From NCBI GenBank assembly GCA_016928815.1, contig JAFGJZ010000015.1, positions 1 to 60,519 on the forward strand: a DNA stretch of 60,519 bases, in the 5' to 3' direction. A model generated the notes under the pieces. The model was not told the DNA's origin. It was given only the letters and a program-made list of their open reading frames with translations, and made no database searches. The translations under genes were made by a program, and so were the position numbers. Shown here in pieces: positions 38,931-49,614 of the stretch. The stretch is from Spirochaetota bacterium (GTDB lineage: Bacteria; Spirochaetota; UBA4802; JAFGJZ01). Each line of letters opens with the position of its first letter. Position 1 is the first letter of the stretch.

Positions 38931-40727
38931 CTAACTGCAGATAATTTTATTTTTACCTGAATTTTTCGCCTTATACAGATTCTGATCTGCTCTTGTAAAA
39001 ACATACTCAATCGGTTCATTTTTAGCTCTGATTGAAACCCCGCCGCTTACTGTAACCGGGCCCTTTATCATGTAATTTGAAAAATCAAGTTCCGATATTT
39101 TTTTCCTTATACGGTTCCCGATTCTACCGAACTCCTCTTCCTGTCCGCTTAAGAATATAACTGCAAGTTCTTCTCCGCCGAGCCGCACCTGAATATCATC
39201 TCCCCTTGTTTCATCCAGAAGAACCTTTGCAATATTTTTAAGAACAATGTCTCCGGCACTGTGTCCATATGTGTCATTAACACTTTTAAAATTATCAATA
39301 TCAAAATATATCATACCAAGTTTATAATGATCATCCCTGTCCTGCATTCTGCAGAAACGGTCCACCATTTCCTGCATGTAGAATCTTGAATAGAGTCCGG
39401 TAAGAGAATCTTTTATTGACTGCTGGTAAAAATGATTTTTCTGCTTATCAAGATGCATGTTGATCAATTCTCTTTCCAGAGCAGCGCTTAAGGCGGGCAT
39501 CAGCTGCTGCAGAATCGCTTCTGTCTCATCATCGATAAAAATCTCTTTTTCAAAAGAAAAATAAATTAATCCGATTAAAGATTCATCATCCATGTTGAAA
39601 AGAGGCACAAGAAGTACCCTGCTTTTTTTTAAATCATTTCCGAAAGTGTCTTCTCCGTAGCTGCTCAGCTTCACCGGATATTTTCCATATTCAGTGATCC
39701 AGTCCTCACGTTTTCTTCCATATAAATGATGGCAGACTTTACAGGTTTTTTTATAACTGTCCGCTTTATGTTTATCCTTGCCCAGAACAATTATTTCTCC
39801 ATCTTCATCCTGTGATACAAAAAAAATATCTTCAATATTAAGAAGCTCACCTGTCTGTTCAATCAGACTGCTGACAATCTGATTAAAATTTGAACTTAAT
39901 ATTATCGTTTTGGTGACATCTGAAAGCAGCCGGTTAAGCCGTAACAATTTAACAATTTTTGTACTTGTCTGTGCCAGAGTATAAATACCGCATTCTGTCT
40001 CTTTCAACCTGTTGATTACAAATGGGATCAATTGCCGTGGTATAATAGAACCATGCTGAGGAACTATCGCATCAATTTCAACTCCCTCCAGCTTATTAAG
40101 AAAATTAAGTAAAATTTCTCGGCTTGGCATATAATGCTCATGAAAAAACCTGATACCTTCATAACAGTTTTCATTCTGAGCAACAAGCTGAAAATCCGGA
40201 GAAATTGCACCGAATATATCACTTGAAAATAGAATTTTGCGGGATTCAAAATATGTAGTAAATGCACCGGGAAAATGGAGATACGGGCTGAAAATAAACT
40301 TAAGTACAATATCATTCCCGGCATCAAGAACCCAGCCCATTTTTTCAATACATTGAAGCGGCAGTTTCAGTCCGAGATGTTTCAAAAGCACAATCGCGCG
40401 CCAGTGAGTCAAAATTACTGCATCATTTCTGGAAATTAATGAATCTATACTGCCGAGAGCACCGGTAATATCCGGATCCTGATGATGACAGATAAAGTAC
40501 TTTATGTGACCGAACGGGATTATGGTTTCTATTTTTTTTAATGTTTTTTTAAAAGTAAGAACACTTCCCGGATCAATTAGAATACTGTTTTCACCATTTG
40601 CAATAAGATACGGATGACATTGAAAATCATCATTTTCCAGCTTAGATCCGACCCAGTAAACATCCGGTTTTATTTCTATTGCATTTTTATAATCCTCTTC
40701 TGACAGATTATTCAGACTGTATACCAT
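38931..40727 (-). CDS. diguanylate cyclase with N-terminal flavodiiron-like metallo-beta-lactamase-fold domain and central GAF-like domain
   Basis: The N-terminus aligns to the FprA/FDP di-iron domain (CHHQDPDITGAL, SPYLHFPGAF, FSSDIFGA, VPQHGSI). The C-terminal GGDEF domain has DSLTGLYSR, YFDIDNFKSVNDTYGH and RLGGEELAV. Confidence 0.75.
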   Translation of the reverse strand: MVYSLNNLSEEDYKNAIEIKPDVYWVGSKLENDDFQCHPYLIANGENSILIDPGSVLTFKKTLKKIETIIPFGHIKYFICHHQDPDITGALGSIDSLISRNDAVILTHWRAIVLLKHLGLKLPLQCIEKMGWVLDAGNDIVLKFIFSPYLHFPGAFTTYFESRKILFSSDIFGAISPDFQLVAQNENCYEGIRFFHEHYMPSREILLNFLNKLEGVEIDAIVPQHGSIIPRQLIPFVINRLKETECGIYTLAQTSTKIVKLLRLNRLLSDVTKTIILSSNFNQIVSSLIEQTGELLNIEDIFFVSQDEDGEIIVLGKDKHKADSYKKTCKVCHHLYGRKREDWITEYGKYPVKLSSYGEDTFGNDLKKSRVLLVPLFNMDDESLIGLIYFSFEKEIFIDDETEAILQQLMPALSAALERELINMHLDKQKNHFYQQSIKDSLTGLYSRFYMQEMVDRFCRMQDRDDHYKLGMIYFDIDNFKSVNDTYGHSAGDIVLKNIAKVLLDETRGDDIQVRLGGEELAVIFLSGQEEEFGRIGNRIRKKISELDFSNYMIKGPVTVSGGVSIRAKNEPIEYVFTRADQNLYKAKNSGKNKIICS

Positions 40728-40847
40728 AAATTCCCCTACTGATTATTTATTTTATAAAATTAAAGCACGGAAAGCAAGTTTAAATTTTATCTGCCGATAA
40801 AGGTTTATGAGCACAAACAGAATGACGGATGGATGAGACAGCAGCTT

Positions 40848-41807
40848 TTACATATTATTTATCTGAAAATAGGCGAAATACAAAGAAAAAACCGCTATGC
40901 TGATTACGGAATAAACGACTGTAATTCCATTAATAAAAGCAAGCTCTTCAGTGTTTTCCTTTTTAATAAACAGCGGGAGAATAAAAGGCGGCGGAAGAAT
41001 AAAAAAAGTATAGAGGGCGGCCGTAAACATTATATCCGGCTTCATAAATAATCCGAAAACAACTTTATCAATAAACAATGCACATGCTGTAACACTAAAC
41101 AGACGGAACATTATTACAGGAAGGCCTTTAATCAGAATTTTCGTATTTATTCGAAGATTATACCCGACTATAATTAAAATCAGCGGAACTGTCAGTCCGG
41201 CGAGATAGTCCAGAGAACGTGTTACAGCGCCTGTTCCGGGTATATTCTGCAATGATTCTTCAGGCAGAATTACATTAAGTATCAGCCCTGCTGTTATTGC
41301 AATTATTACAGGCGAGCTCATGAATGACTTCATCGTCTGCATCAGACCTGTTTTAACAGTAAGTTTTTTATTAAGCATTGTAACATATACAAACCAGATA
41401 AAAAACTCATGTCCAAGGGCAATTACTGCGATGTATCCGATGTTTTCAAGACCGAAAGCTGCACCGAAAAAAACCGCCCCCATCATTCCGAATTCGAAAC
41501 CGGTTGTAAAATAAGGAATATATTCTCCGGGAAATCTGAAAATTTTTTTACCTGCAATTCCGGTCAGGAACAGAAGAATACATACGGAAAAAATCAGAAC
41601 AATGATTATCAGATAGCTGAATTTTAATTCCATTTTCAGAAACGCCGTAAAAAGAATTGCCGGAAGAGAAACATTTATTATTATTTTTTTAAGATCATTA
41701 ATGGTATCCGGCTTCAGCATGCCGGAGGCTCTGACTGCAGCTCCTGTTCCGATAAGAATGAATATCGGAGCAAGCTTTACAAGAATATCCAAAACAACAT
41801 CATTCAT
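40848..41807 (-). CDS. AEC (auxin efflux carrier) family transporter
   Basis: About 10-TM protein. The N-terminus ILVKLAPIFILIGTGAAVRASGML is typical of PF03547-type permeases. Confidence 0.65.
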   Translation of the reverse strand: MNDVVLDILVKLAPIFILIGTGAAVRASGMLKPDTINDLKKIIINVSLPAILFTAFLKMELKFSYLIIIVLIFSVCILLFLTGIAGKKIFRFPGEYIPYFTTGFEFGMMGAVFFGAAFGLENIGYIAVIALGHEFFIWFVYVTMLNKKLTVKTGLMQTMKSFMSSPVIIAITAGLILNVILPEESLQNIPGTGAVTRSLDYLAGLTVPLILIIVGYNLRINTKILIKGLPVIMFRLFSVTACALFIDKVVFGLFMKPDIMFTAALYTFFILPPPFILPLFIKKENTEELAFINGITVVYSVISIAVFSLYFAYFQINNM

Positions 41808-41944
41808 GACTGATCCCCCCGCACTGTTGGCCTGTTACTTTTGATTCATTATTCTGCAGCATTCTCATAAATCAATAATAATTCATGTTTGACAAAATTA
41901 AATTATTCCAGGAAATTTTATTAATAAAAAAGAGGAGAAAGGAT

Positions 41945-42619
41945 ATGGGATATCATCCGGATATTGAAAAAATCACTATTGATGATTTCAGGGAAATCCT
42001 TAAAAATGCGGATCTGCTTCCCGGGCGCATAATTTTAAAGGAGAATGCCGATTACAGTTTCAGTCTGATTAAAAAACAGAATATAAAAAACCTTGCCGAA
42101 CTGAAGAAGCTGCTTGATAAAAAAGGATCTGTTCCGGAATTTTCCAAAAAAACCGGTCTGGATGAAAACTATCTGAAAATTCTGATCCGGGAAATAAACA
42201 GCATGCTTCCAAAACCGAATGAAATCGGGAAATTTCCCGGCATTTCACCTGACACAGTCAGAAGACTTGAAAAAGCCGGAATTAAAAACACACTACAGCT
42301 TTACAGCAGAATACTGACTCCCGATCTGAGAAATGAACTCTCATCCGCAACAGGAATCGACAGTGACGACATGCTGCTTCTCGCAAAACTTGCCGATTTG
42401 TCAAGAATAAGGTGGGTTAATCATAACTTTGCACACATGCTTCTGCAGACCGGATATGATACGGCGGAAAAAGTCGCCAAAGCCGACCCTTCAGTCCTTC
42501 AGACAAAAATAAACTCACTTACAGGAAAGGAATCATACAAAGTAAATATCGGACTGCATGACATCATACTGTGTGTAAATGCCGCGAAAACGGTTGCTGC
42601 AGACATTAAATTCAGATAA
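41945..42619 (+). CDS. DUF4332 (helix-hairpin-helix repeat) protein
   Basis: ATG 41945 is preceded by AAGAGGAGAAAGG. Repeated HhH-like units are present (ISPDTVRRLEKAGIKNTLQL, FAHMLLQTGYDTAEKVA). Confidence 0.5.
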   Translation: MGYHPDIEKITIDDFREILKNADLLPGRIILKENADYSFSLIKKQNIKNLAELKKLLDKKGSVPEFSKKTGLDENYLKILIREINSMLPKPNEIGKFPGISPDTVRRLEKAGIKNTLQLYSRILTPDLRNELSSATGIDSDDMLLLAKLADLSRIRWVNHNFAHMLLQTGYDTAEKVAKADPSVLQTKINSLTGKESYKVNIGLHDIILCVNAAKTVAADIKFR

Positions 42620-42650
42620 AAAATTTCTGTATGAGATAGACCGAGGAGTC

Positions 42651-43142
42651 ATGATGAAAATAGTCAGAATACACCAGCCGGAAGATTTATCAGAAGCCCT
42701 GAATGTAATACGGAAATCTTTCATGACTGTTGCCGATGATTTCGGCATTACAAAGGAGAATGCTGCAACAAATCCTGCTTTTGCAACTGAAGAACAGTTT
42801 CAGGAATATATGAAAAAAGATCTGACTCTGTACGGAATGATCAAAAACAGTACCGTTATCGGATGCATTGTTGTGGAAAAAGCTGCAGACAGGGATGACT
42901 GCTATTACATTGAAAGGCTCGCTGTTCTTCCTGAAGAAAGACATAAAGGATACGGACAGAGTCTTCTTGATTTTGCTGTCAGGACGGTAGTTCAGTCAGG
43001 CGGCAAAAGAATTGAAATAGGAATAATCAACAGACATGAAGTATTAAAAAAATGGTATCTGGATAATGGTTTCACTATAACCGGAACAAAAAAATATGAT
43101 CACCTTCCATTTGAGGTGTGCTTCATGGCAATGGATCTGTAG
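42651..43142 (+). CDS. GNAT family N-acetyltransferase
   Basis: ATG 42651 is preceded by GAGGAG. The acetyl-CoA motif is YIERLAVLPEERHKGYGQSLLDFAV. Confidence 0.8.
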   Translation: MMKIVRIHQPEDLSEALNVIRKSFMTVADDFGITKENAATNPAFATEEQFQEYMKKDLTLYGMIKNSTVIGCIVVEKAADRDDCYYIERLAVLPEERHKGYGQSLLDFAVRTVVQSGGKRIEIGIINRHEVLKKWYLDNGFTITGTKKYDHLPFEVCFMAMDL

Positions 43143-43146
43143 ATTC

Positions 43147-43986
43147 ATGAAGTTTACAGGACAACCAGTGGATAAACCGGAATTTACAGAAACAGCTCAA
43201 GCGTGTATTTATTTTCATAATGGCTATGTTCTTTTTCTGGGAAAATCAACTGATACTGCGGTTCACAGCCATCACATGTTTCAGATTTTTATCGGTCTGA
43301 AAAAAGAATTCCGGCTATTCATAAACGGAAAATGGATAAAAAGCCGGTTAATTATAGCGGATGCAGATGTATCCCATCAGTTTGACGGCAATAATGAATG
43401 GCACGCTCTTCTGCTGATTGATCCGGAAACTGACACAGCCCGGAAATTAAAACAGAAGATTAAAAATAATGCATATATTGAACCTGATTTTTCATTAATA
43501 GAAAAAACTTCGGATCGTCTTATTGAATGCTGTGAAAAAAAATGTTTTGCCGCCCACGCATCCGGAATTATAAACGAACTGATAACATCAGCAGTTGACG
43601 AAGAGATTATTTCAGCTCCAAAAGATGAAAGAATACTCAGGATAATATCTTATATTAATACCACTCAGGAAATCAGTCCTGAAATAAAGAATCTGGCGGA
43701 AATGATTCATCTCTCAAAAAGCCGTCTGGTACATCTTTTTACGATTGAAACGGGCATACCATTACGCAGATATTTTCTATGGAGAAAACTTATAAACGCA
43801 GTGAATCACATTATCCGGGGCATGGATTTTACTGATGCTGCATTTGCAGCCGGATTTTCCGATTCCGCTCATTTAAGCCGGACTTTTAAAAAGATGTTCG
43901 GAGTCACCCTGCTCAATTTATTTAAAAATTACAGCAATAGCCTTTTCATTCAAGTCATAACCGACAACAGTGATTACATTCAGTAA
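43147..43986 (+). CDS. AraC family transcriptional regulator
   Basis: C-terminal double HTH (…LAEMIHLSKSRLVHLFT…AAGFSDSAHLSRTFKKMFGVT). Start taken at ATG 43147, just after the GNAT stop. Confidence 0.85.
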   Translation: MKFTGQPVDKPEFTETAQACIYFHNGYVLFLGKSTDTAVHSHHMFQIFIGLKKEFRLFINGKWIKSRLIIADADVSHQFDGNNEWHALLLIDPETDTARKLKQKIKNNAYIEPDFSLIEKTSDRLIECCEKKCFAAHASGIINELITSAVDEEIISAPKDERILRIISYINTTQEISPEIKNLAEMIHLSKSRLVHLFTIETGIPLRRYFLWRKLINAVNHIIRGMDFTDAAFAAGFSDSAHLSRTFKKMFGVTLLNLFKNYSNSLFIQVITDNSDYIQ

Positions 43987-44016
43987 TATTCCAATACTTG
44001 AAACAGGAGGATTATT

Positions 44017-44712
44017 GTGAAAAAAATCACTAAACTGGCGGATTATGAAAATAAAACAGTAAAAGATGCTGCAAAAAATATTTTTAAAACCGGAGATTCC
44101 GACCGTAAGAAAATAGAAAAAATATTTTATTTTGTCAGGGATGAAATAAAATTCGGATTACCCGGTAAAGGCGATTTAATGAAAGCATCCGAAACGATTG
44201 AAAGCGGGACCGGGCAATGCAATACAAAATCGACCTTATTTCTTGCGCTATGCAAAACTGCCGGAATTCCCGCAAGAATTCATTTTTCATTGATCAGAAA
44301 AGACATTCAAAAAGGGGTGTTCACAGGTTTTGCATATCAAATGATGCCGGATAAGATATCTCACAGCTGGATAGAGGTGCAGATTGACGGTAACTGGATT
44401 AAAATTGATTCTTTTATCAATGATAAATCCTTTTACGAAGCAGGCAAACAGCTTCTCAGGAAACAAAACTGGGATACCGGCTACTCAATATCTTGCAGTA
44501 ACGGTGAATCCAGTGCAGATTTCAACATAGATAAGGAGAAATTTGTCCAGATGGACGCTGTAACAGACGATCACGGAGTCTGGAATGAGCCGGAAGAATA
44601 CTATTCTTCCTACCTTTATAAAAACAGACCGGGGTTCATGAAACTGCTTCTGTACCGTTTAATCATTCCGCGAATAAACCGGAATGTTGAAAAAATGAGA
44701 AATTCATGCTAA
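44017..44712 (+). CDS. cytoplasmic transglutaminase-like cysteine protease superfamily protein
   Basis: GTG start with an AGGAGG RBS. GTGQCNTKSTLFLALCKTAGIPARI ... HSWIEVQIDGNWIKIDS supplies the Cys-His-Asp core. Confidence 0.75.
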   Translation: MKKITKLADYENKTVKDAAKNIFKTGDSDRKKIEKIFYFVRDEIKFGLPGKGDLMKASETIESGTGQCNTKSTLFLALCKTAGIPARIHFSLIRKDIQKGVFTGFAYQMMPDKISHSWIEVQIDGNWIKIDSFINDKSFYEAGKQLLRKQNWDTGYSISCSNGESSADFNIDKEKFVQMDAVTDDHGVWNEPEEYYSSYLYKNRPGFMKLLLYRLIIPRINRNVEKMRNSC

Positions 44713-44771
44713 GGAAACTTTTACTGAAAAATTTCAGCAGCCTCCGGGCTGCCGCAGAATCAACGGGGCCT

Positions 44772-44785
44772 GGAAAATATTTTCC
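44772..44785. promoter_or_regulatory. perfect 14-bp palindrome upstream of mntH (candidate metalloregulator operator)
   Basis: GGAAAATATTTTCC at 44772..44785, 69 nt upstream of the mntH ATG. Confidence 0.3.
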
Positions 44786-44853
44786 GGAACAGGACCGTGC
44801 AGGTACTGAGAAAAATGATTGCAATAAGAGCATAACGGGAAAGACTGCTCTTT

Positions 44854-46125
44854 ATGAAACTTAATTTAAAAAAACTGAAATTCTTCAAAACAGGCCTGCA
44901 CAATCCTCAGTTCGGAGGACTTGATATTTTCAGATTTATCGGTCCGGGACTTCTTGTTACCGTAGGGTTCATTGACCCCGGAAACTGGGCATCAAATCTT
45001 TCCGCAGGAGCTGATTACGGATATGCACTTTTATGGATGGTAACTCTCTCCACAATAATGCTTATCATACTTCAGCATAATGTTGCGCATCTCGGCATTG
45101 CAACGGGACTTTGTCTGTCGGAAGCGGCTACCATTTACGTTAAACCCACAGTTTCTAAAATTTTACTCGGATCTGCAATGACAGCTTCGGTTTCAACTTC
45201 ACTTGCCGAAATACTCGGCGGTGCAATTGCATTGGAAATGCTTTTTAACATTCCCGTTAAAGCCGGTTCCGTCATGGTGACAATTTTCGTCATGATAATG
45301 CTCTATACCAATTCATACAGATTCATTGAGAAATGGATAATTGCATTTGTTTCCATAATAGGAATCTCGTTTCTGTATGAACTCTCACTGACCGAAGTAG
45401 ACTGGAATGCCGCCGCCGCAGGATGGGTTACTCCTTCTTTCCCCGCCGGCTCAATAGTCATCATCATGAGCGTACTCGGAGCGGTTGTGATGCCGCATAA
45501 TCTTTTCCTGCATTCCGAAATCATTCAAAGCCGGCAGTGGAATCTGGAAGATGATAGAATAATTAAAAAGCAGCTTAAATATGAATTCCTCGACACTCTC
45601 ATGTCAATGATGATCGGATGGGCGATAAACAGCGCAATGATTATTCTTGCGGCTGCGGCGTTTTATAAAACAGCGACAAAAGTATCTGAACTGCAGCAGG
45701 CTGAAAAACTTCTCAGACCTCTGCTCGGAACCCATGCTGCGGTAATCTTTGCCGTCGCCCTTCTTTTTGCAGGTGTTGCTTCCACAATTACTTCAGGTAT
45801 GGCAGCAGGAAGCATCTTTGCCGGAATGTTCAAGGAACCCTATGACATCAAGGACAGTCATTCAAAAACAGGAGTAGCTTTATCACTTCTTGCTGCTCTT
45901 GGAATAATTTTTCTGATCACTAATCCGTTCCAGGGACTCATCATCTCGCAGATGTTTCTGAGTATTCAGCTTCCATTTACTATTTTTCTGCAGGTCTACC
46001 TGACTTCATCTGAAAAAGTAATGGGAAAATATAAAAATAATCCTTTTTCAAAAATCACGCTTGTTTCGCTCGGAGTAATTGTATCAGCATTGAATGTTGC
46101 TTTGTTTATCAGCATGTTCAAATAG
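44854..46125 (+). CDS. mntH: Nramp-family divalent metal (Mn2+/Fe2+) transporter
   Basis: GPGLLVTVGFIDPGNWASNL (the DPGN motif), MPHNLFLHS, 11-TM layout. Confidence 0.9.
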   Translation: MKLNLKKLKFFKTGLHNPQFGGLDIFRFIGPGLLVTVGFIDPGNWASNLSAGADYGYALLWMVTLSTIMLIILQHNVAHLGIATGLCLSEAATIYVKPTVSKILLGSAMTASVSTSLAEILGGAIALEMLFNIPVKAGSVMVTIFVMIMLYTNSYRFIEKWIIAFVSIIGISFLYELSLTEVDWNAAAAGWVTPSFPAGSIVIIMSVLGAVVMPHNLFLHSEIIQSRQWNLEDDRIIKKQLKYEFLDTLMSMMIGWAINSAMIILAAAAFYKTATKVSELQQAEKLLRPLLGTHAAVIFAVALLFAGVASTITSGMAAGSIFAGMFKEPYDIKDSHSKTGVALSLLAALGIIFLITNPFQGLIISQMFLSIQLPFTIFLQVYLTSSEKVMGKYKNNPFSKITLVSLGVIVSALNVALFISMFK

Positions 46126-46227
46126 CTTCAGCATTCCGGAGTATATTCCCGGAAAAGTAGTTTCTTAGAAGAGTAGCGCTAAAAGATAGCGCATCCTTCC
46201 TTATTTTCATTCAGGATGACAGTATTA

Positions 46228-46959
46228 TTATTGAAAATCAGCCTTCAAATATTCTCTGCTGACCATTTCTGTTGCCTGACAGAAAGCATCAGTGAGCAGC
46301 ATTCCATCTGCAAGACCGCAGGCTATTGCTGTTGAAAGCATGCAGCCTGTTCCATGGGAATACTGAAAATTCCGTCTGGGCTTGAAAAAATAATGAATTG
46401 ATCCGTCGACTGCCGCTTCTTTGATCTCCGTTCCTTCAAAGTGTCCGCCTTTTAATATAAAAGAAGTAAGCTGCGGTTTGTTTTTTAAAACATATTCCGC
46501 GGCTTCTTCTATTGAAGAAAACTGTTTTTCGAACAGAATCTCCAGTTCTGTTTTATTCGGAGTAATCACATCAGCATGCGGAAGAACTTCTCTCCGGAAA
46601 AGAGAGATCATTTCCGGAGAATAAAAACTGTTTCCGGCGGTGGGACGGAAAACAGGATCGATTATTACCGGAACAGGACAGTCCCTTATGAAATCAATGA
46701 CATCATATAACTGCCTCACCGAAAACAGAGCTCCGATTTTAACCGCTGCGGGATTAAACATTTCAGATACCTTCAGCTGCTGCCGAAAAACATCATCAGG
46801 TACCGGGAATACCGAAACAGCTTTCTGAAATGACTGGACGGTAATTCCGGTAACCGAACAAACTGCGTGAAATCCAAAACCATGCACTGTACGCACATCC
46901 TGCTGCATTCCCGCACCTCCGCTTGAATCGGAGCCTGAAATTACATGAATAAATTTCAT
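46228..46959 (-). CDS. thiD: hydroxymethylpyrimidine / phosphomethylpyrimidine kinase
   Basis: [16 protein letters not shown] and [12 protein letters not shown] motifs. 4-nt overlap with thiC. Confidence 0.85.
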   Translation of the reverse strand: MKFIHVISGSDSSGGAGMQQDVRTVHGFGFHAVCSVTGITVQSFQKAVSVFPVPDDVFRQQLKVSEMFNPAAVKIGALFSVRQLYDVIDFIRDCPVPVIIDPVFRPTAGNSFYSPEMISLFRREVLPHADVITPNKTELEILFEKQFSSIEEAAEYVLKNKPQLTSFILKGGHFEGTEIKEAAVDGSIHYFFKPRRNFQYSHGTGCMLSTAIACGLADGMLLTDAFCQATEMVSREYLKADFQ

Positions 46960-48221
46960 AACTCATGACGCAGGGCGCAGAGATCACCGCACATGCTGCA
47001 GTATTCCTTTTCCGCACTCTCAGACGCTTCCCTTCTGTTTTTCGCAGTCTCAGGATCAATCGCATGCAGAAACATGCCGTCCCAGTCGAGGTTTTTTCTG
47101 CATTCGGACATTCTGATGTTCCTTTCAGCGGCTCCATGAACTTTCTTTGCAATATCTCCGGCATGCGCCGCAATAACGGAAGCTGTCACTCCCTGCCTCA
47201 CATCATTTTCATCCGGCAGACAGAGATGTTCAGCCGGAGTTACATAGCACAGAAAATCTGCACCGAAAGAAGCTGCAACCGCTCCGCCGATTGCCGCAGT
47301 GATATGATCATAGCCCGGAGCTACATCACAGACCAGCGGACCGAGTACATAGAACGGGGCATTATCGCACATTTTTTTCTGAATTTCCATGTTGAACTGT
47401 ATTTCATTTATCGGGACATGTCCCGGTCCTTCCACCATTACCTGGACATCTTTTCCCCTGCATCGTTTTACAAGAGAGCCAAGAGTCTTTAATTCCTTAA
47501 GCTGCAGCCCGTCACCTGCATCAGCAATACCTCCCGGACGCATTCCGTCACCGAGACTCAATGTAACATCATACTCATACGCAATATCAAGCAGCCTGTC
47601 AAAATATTCATAATAGGGGTTCTCATTTCCGGTCTCCGTCATCCAGAGTTTTGTCAGAGAACCTCCCCTGCTGACAATTCCCGCAACACGTTTCAGTGAA
47701 CCGTAACTGCGGAATAAATCCTGATTTACTCCGCAGTGAACGGTAATGAAATCAACTCCATCGCGAACCTGTCTTACCACAGCTGAGAAGAAATCATCCG
47801 GCGTGATATCTTTCAGTTTTCCGCCGCTGCGTATCTTATCTGCAAAAACTTCATACAACGGAACTGTTCCGACCATCACAGGACTTTTTTCAATAACCGT
47901 TTTTCTTATCATAGAGAGATCGCCTCCGGTGGAAAGATCCATTATGCTGTGGGCTCCGCATTTGACAGCCGCTTCAAGCTTAGAAAGTTCTTTCAGATGA
48001 TTACAGGACTCCGCGGATGTACCGATATTCGCGTTTACTTTCGTCCTCAGCCCTTTTCCGATTCCTTCACAGGAAAAAGTTCTCCTGTTATTTTTTGGAA
48101 TTACTATTGTTCCTTTAATCAGGCCCTCCGCAATAAATTCAGGTGAAACATTTTCTTTTTCAGCAACAGTTTTCATTTCCCCTGTAATTATACCTTTTCG
48201 GGCTTTTACTATCTGTGTCAT
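46956..48221 (-). CDS. thiC: phosphomethylpyrimidine synthase (radical SAM)
   Basis: Highly conserved ThiC blocks ([35 protein letters not shown]) and the C-terminal CSMCGDLC cluster motif. Confidence 0.95.
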   Translation of the reverse strand: MTQIVKARKGIITGEMKTVAEKENVSPEFIAEGLIKGTIVIPKNNRRTFSCEGIGKGLRTKVNANIGTSAESCNHLKELSKLEAAVKCGAHSIMDLSTGGDLSMIRKTVIEKSPVMVGTVPLYEVFADKIRSGGKLKDITPDDFFSAVVRQVRDGVDFITVHCGVNQDLFRSYGSLKRVAGIVSRGGSLTKLWMTETGNENPYYEYFDRLLDIAYEYDVTLSLGDGMRPGGIADAGDGLQLKELKTLGSLVKRCRGKDVQVMVEGPGHVPINEIQFNMEIQKKMCDNAPFYVLGPLVCDVAPGYDHITAAIGGAVAASFGADFLCYVTPAEHLCLPDENDVRQGVTASVIAAHAGDIAKKVHGAAERNIRMSECRKNLDWDGMFLHAIDPETAKNRREASESAEKEYCSMCGDLCALRHEL

Positions 48222-48838
48222 GTTTTCCTCAGTTTATCCGCAAAAAAGCGGATTTCTTCATCGTATTTTTCACTTTTACATACAGCACTTATCATTGCTA
48301 TATTTTTCGCACCCGCCTCTATTACACTGTCAATGTTATGTCTGTTAATTCCACCAATCGCCGTAACCGGAACTTCCGAAAATTCCAGAACCTGTTTCAG
48401 CAGATCAGTACCGGTAACCGGATCGGGCTTCCTTTTTGCAAATGTCGGAAACACGGGACCGAACCCGATGTAATCGGGGTTTTCAGAAAGAGCTTCCTTC
48501 GCCTGTTCGAAATTATGAGTCGAAATTCCAATAAGATGACTGCCGGTTTCGGAAGTTAAGCTTCTCACTTCGGCAGCTTTCAGATCATCCTGCCCTGCAT
48601 GAGTTCCGTCAGCTCCGCACAGAAGAGCAATGTCAGGCCGGTCATTAATTATCAGTTTCGTCTGCGAACCGGCAGTTATACTTTTCAGTCTTTTCGCCAG
48701 GGCGAGAAGATCCCTGTCGCAGAGATTTTTTTCTCGAAGCTGAATCATCTCAACTCCGTGCCTGACGCATGACTCGGCGATTTTTTCGTGCATCACAACC
48801 GGACTGGTTATTATTACGTATAAACCGAAATCTTTCAT
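48218..48838 (-). CDS. thiE: thiamine-phosphate synthase
   Basis: [22 protein letters not shown]-like block (GTHAGQDD), IGISTH, AIGGI. Confidence 0.9.
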   Translation of the reverse strand: MKDFGLYVIITSPVVMHEKIAESCVRHGVEMIQLREKNLCDRDLLALAKRLKSITAGSQTKLIINDRPDIALLCGADGTHAGQDDLKAAEVRSLTSETGSHLIGISTHNFEQAKEALSENPDYIGFGPVFPTFAKRKPDPVTGTDLLKQVLEFSEVPVTAIGGINRHNIDSVIEAGAKNIAMISAVCKSEKYDEEIRFFADKLRKT

Positions 48839-49608
48839 GCGAGAGATTCCCGGATTATCGAAGCAGCTTTTTTTCCGGACAGAAGCATTCCGCCGAAAAT
48901 CGGTCCCATGCGGTAACCGCCACTGACTCCGTTTGCAGACATTCCGGAAACAAAAATGCCGGGATAGATCTCTTTGGTATTTTCAACAGTTTTGCGCTCG
49001 CCCTCTTCTACTGCAAGAGATGACTCGCCGACAACATCTCCGGTGGAGGTATGCAATTTTATTCCGTTTTTCTGAGCAAGAATTTTTGAAATTTCGCACG
49101 GATGACCGGTCGCATCAAGTACAGCCTTTGCTCTCACAACGAGAGGATCAACATGCATTCCCGTCCGCACGACCGGGTTCCAGTTGATAACAACTCCGTT
49201 TACTTTCCTGGTGGTGCTGTTAAGAACGACATCTTCAACACGCATGCTGTTGAAGATTACAGCGCCTGCTTTCCGTGCGCAGTAAATCAGCGCTGAAGTC
49301 GCTTCGACAGAATCAATCACATAATTATTTTCATCATATTCGGCTGCCGTAATGCCGAACTCGCGGATTATTTCATCCGCTTCTTTCTGAACCATGATCT
49401 GATTAAACAGCATGGCTCCGCCCCACATTCCGCCGCCCGGAGCAAGCTTAGACTCGTAGACAGCAGTCTTAATTCCAGACTTCGCGAGATAGTACGCGGC
49501 AACCAAACCCGAAGGCCCTCCTCCGACAATAGCAGCGTCAATGTCAAGGTATTCATCCAGCTTCGAAAGAAATGAGCGGATAATTCCGCGCGATACAGTT
49601 ACTTCCAT
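48835..49608 (-). CDS. thi4: Thi4-type thiazole synthase (archaeal/eukaryotic-type)
   Basis: FAD/NAD motif DAAIVGGGPSGL, ESKLAPGGGMWGG, DATGHP, and MGPIFGGMLLSG, as in Thi4/THI1 proteins. First gene behind the TPP riboswitch. Confidence 0.85.
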   Translation of the reverse strand: MEVTVSRGIIRSFLSKLDEYLDIDAAIVGGGPSGLVAAYYLAKSGIKTAVYESKLAPGGGMWGGAMLFNQIMVQKEADEIIREFGITAAEYDENNYVIDSVEATSALIYCARKAGAVIFNSMRVEDVVLNSTTRKVNGVVINWNPVVRTGMHVDPLVVRAKAVLDATGHPCEISKILAQKNGIKLHTSTGDVVGESSLAVEEGERKTVENTKEIYPGIFVSGMSANGVSGGYRMGPIFGGMLLSGKKAASIIRESLA

Positions 49609-49614
49609 AAAAAA

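Noticed and set aside
44713-44853. A yybP-ykoY manganese riboswitch was considered upstream of mntH.
   Set aside because: The conserved GGGGAGUAG and GAGAC blocks are absent. Only a short hairpin (CTGAAA..TTTCAG) and the 14-bp palindrome are present.
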